Positions 61,209-64,000 of a stretch of 64,000 bases of DNA are shown piece after piece. The translations under genes and the position numbers were made by a program. The stretch's first letter is position 1; each line of letters begins with the position of its first letter. The stretch comes from Eledone cirrhosa (Eukaryota), in NCBI GenBank assembly GCA_964016885.1, contig OZ024745.1:59892001-59956000 (forward strand), in the 5' to 3' direction. The notes under the pieces are model-generated. The model did not search any database and had not been told where the DNA came from. It saw only the letters and a program-made list of their open reading frames with translations.

Positions 61209-64000
61209 GACTTGGAGTGAAAACCTCGACTTGGAGTGAGAACCTCGACTTGGAGTGAGAACCTCGACTTGGAGTGAAAACCTCGACTTGGAGTGAGAAC
61301 CTCGACTTGGAGTGAAAACCTCGACTTGGAGTGAAAACCTCGACTTGGAGTGAGAACCTCGACTTGGAGTGAAAACCTCGACTTGGAGTGAGAACCTCGA
61401 CTTGGAGTGAAAACCACGACTTGGAGTGAAAACCTCGACTTGGAGTGAAAACCTCGACTTGGAGTGAGAACCTCGACTTGGAGTGAGAACCTCGATTTGG
61501 AGTGAAAACCTCGACTTGGAGTGAGAACCTCGACTTGGAGTGAGAACCTCGACTTAGAGTGAGAACCTCGACTTGGAGTGAGAACCTCGACTTGGAGTGA
61601 GAACCTCGACTTGGAGTGAGAACCTCGACTTGGAGTGAGAACCTCGACTTGGAGTGAGAACCTCGACTTGGAGTGAGAACCTCGACTTGGAGTGAAAACC
61701 TCGACTTGGAGTGAGAACCTCGACTTGGAGTGAGAACCTCGACTTGGAGTGAGAACCTCGACTTGGAGTGAAAACTTCGACTTGGAGTGAGAACCTCGAC
61801 TTGGAGTGAGAACCTCGACTTGGAGTGAGAACCTCGACTTGGAGTGGAAACCTCGACTTGGAGTGAGAACCTCGACTTGGAGTGGAAACCTCGACTTGGA
61901 GTGAGAACCTCGACTTGGAGTGAGAACCTCGACTTGGAGTGAAAACCTCGACTTGGAGTGAGAACCTCGACTTGGAGTGAACACCTCGACTTGGAGTGAG
62001 AACCTCGACTTGGAGTGAAAACCTCGACTTGGAGTGAGAACCTCGACTTGGAGTGAGAACCTCGACTTGGAGTGAGAACCTCGACTTGGAGTGAGAACCT
62101 CGACTTGGAGTGAGAACCTCGACTTGGAGAGAGAACCTCCACTTGGAGTGAGAACCTCGACTTTGAGTGAAAACCTCGACTTGGAGTGAGAACCTCGACT
62201 TTGAGTGAAAACCTCGACTTGGAGTGAGAACCTCGACTTGGAGTGAGAACCTCGACTTGGAGTGAGAACCTCGACTTGGAGTGGAAACCTCGACTTGGAG
62301 TGAGAACCTCGACTTGGAGTGAAAACCTCGACTTGGAGTGAGAACCTCGACTTGGAGTGAAAACCTCGACTTGGAGTGAAAACCTCGACTTGGAGTGAAA
62401 ACCTCGACTTGGAGTGAGAACCTCGACTTGGAGTGAAAACCTCGACTTGGAGTGAGAACCTCGACTTGGAGTGAAAACCTCGACTTGGAGTGAGAACCTC
62501 GACTTGGAGTGAAAACCTCGACTTGGAGTGAGAACCTCGACTTGGAGTGAGAACCTCGACTTTGAGTGAAAACCTCGACTTGGAGAGAGAACCTCGACTT
62601 GGAGTGAAAACCTCGACTTGGAGTGAAAACCTCGACTTGGAGTGAAAACCTCGACTTGGAGTGAAAACCTCGACTTGGAGTGAGAACCTCGACTTGGAGT
62701 GAGAACCTCGACTTGGAGTGAAAACCTCGACTTGGAGTGAGAACCTCGACTTGGAGTGAGAACCTCGACTTGGAGTGAGAACCTCGACTTGGAGTGAAAA
62801 CCTCGACTTGGAGTGAAAACCTCGACTTGGAGTGAAAACCTCGACTTGGATTGAGAACCTCGACTTGGAGTGAAAACCTCGACTTGGAGTGAGAACCTCG
62901 ACTTGGAGTGAGAACCTCGACTTGGAGTGAAAACCTCGACTTGGAGTGAGAACCTCGACTTGGAGTGAGAACCTCGACTTGGAGTGAGAACCTCGACTTG
63001 GAGTGAAAACTTCGACTTGGAGTGAGAACCTCGACTTGGAGTGAGAACCTCGACTTGGAGTGGAAACCTCGACTTGGAGTGGAAACCTCGACTTGGAGTG
63101 AGAACCTCGACTTGGAGTGAGAACCTCGACTTGGAGTGAGAACCTCGACTTGGAGTGAGAACCTCGACTTGGAGTGAAAACCTCGACTTGGAGTGAGAAC
63201 CTCGACTTGGGGTGAAAACCTCGACTTGGAGTGAGAACCTCGACTTGGAGTGAAAACCTCGACTTGGAGTGAGAACCTCGACTTGGAGTGAGAACCTCGA
63301 CTTGGAGTGAGAACCTCGACTTGGAGTGAGAACCTCGACTTGGAGAGAGAACCTCCACTTGGAGTGAGAACCTCGACTTTGAGTGAAAACCTCGACTTGG
63401 AGTGAGAACCTCGACTTGGAGTGAAAACCTCGACTAGGAGTGAGAACCTCGACTTGGAGTGAGAACCTCGACTTGGAGTGAGAACCTCGACTTGGAGTGA
63501 AAACCTCGACTTGTAGTGAAAACCTCGACTTGGAGTGAGAACCTCGACTTGGAGTGAAAACCTCGACTTGGAGTGAAAACCTCGACTTGGAATGAAGACC
63601 TCGACTTGGAGTGAGAACCTCGACTTGGAGTGAGAACCTCGACTTGGAGTGAGAACCTCGACTTGGAGTGAGAACCTCGACTTGGAGTGAGAACCTCGAC
63701 TTGGAGTGTAAACTGCGACTCTGAGTGAAAACCTCGACGTGGAGTGAGAACCTCGACTTGGAGTGAAAACCTCGACTTGGAGTGAGAACCTCGACTTGGA
63801 GTGAGAACCTCGACTTGGAGTGAAAACCTCGACTTGGAGTGAAAACCTCGACTTGGAGTGAAAACCTCGACTTGGAGTGAGAACCTCGACTTGGAGTGAA
63901 AACCTCGACTTGGAGTGAAAACCTCGACTTGGAGTGAGAACCTCGACTTGGAGTGAGAACCTCGACTTGGAGTGAGAACCTCAACTTGGAGTGTAAACTG

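Larger units (their letters stand above)
1..64000 (+). repeat. 19-bp satellite tandem array, consensus GACTTGGAGTGA(G/A)AACCTC, ~3,368 monomers, open at both window ends
   Basis: Monomer read directly throughout. Monomer starts at 10 and 63964 are 3366x19 apart. No inverted segment or unique insertion seen. Confidence 0.99.

Noticed and set aside
551-63984. All ORFs in the track as protein-coding genes
   Set aside because: They overlap in all three minus frames with the same peptide, have 19-nt rather than codon periodicity, start at chance variants, and contain no recognisable domain.
1-64000. Synthetic or purely artefactual sequence
   Set aside because: Nested duplications, private SNPs and regional variant lineages fit natural satellite evolution, although local misassembly cannot be excluded.

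Overview
The whole 64-kb window is one head-to-tail, single-orientation satellite array built from a 19-bp monomer, consensus GACTTGGAGTGA(G/A)AACCTC (about 3,368 monomers). I see no unique sequence, credible genes, RNA genes, transposons or CRISPR array. All listed ORFs are by-products of the repeat: the minus strand of the monomer has no stop codon in any frame. The array is strongly structured. (1) The 19-bp register is the same at the first monomer (10), the last one checked (63964) and all 19 landmarks between, so there is no net indel. (2) Nineteen copies of a ~380-440 bp AT-richer cassette of divergent 19-mers punctuate the array every 0.8-5.5 kb. (3) A fixed order of rare marker monomers and a G/A binary pattern define a variable-length higher-order repeat (HOR) of typically ~3-4 kb. 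(4) Nested duplications occur at offsets of 1083, 3857, 5510 and 6080 bp, and some variants are confined to sub-domains. (5) Many 38-bp junctions look like cassette-empty sites. This resembles eukaryotic centromeric, pericentromeric or subtelomeric satellite DNA, but organism and function cannot be determined from the sequence alone.
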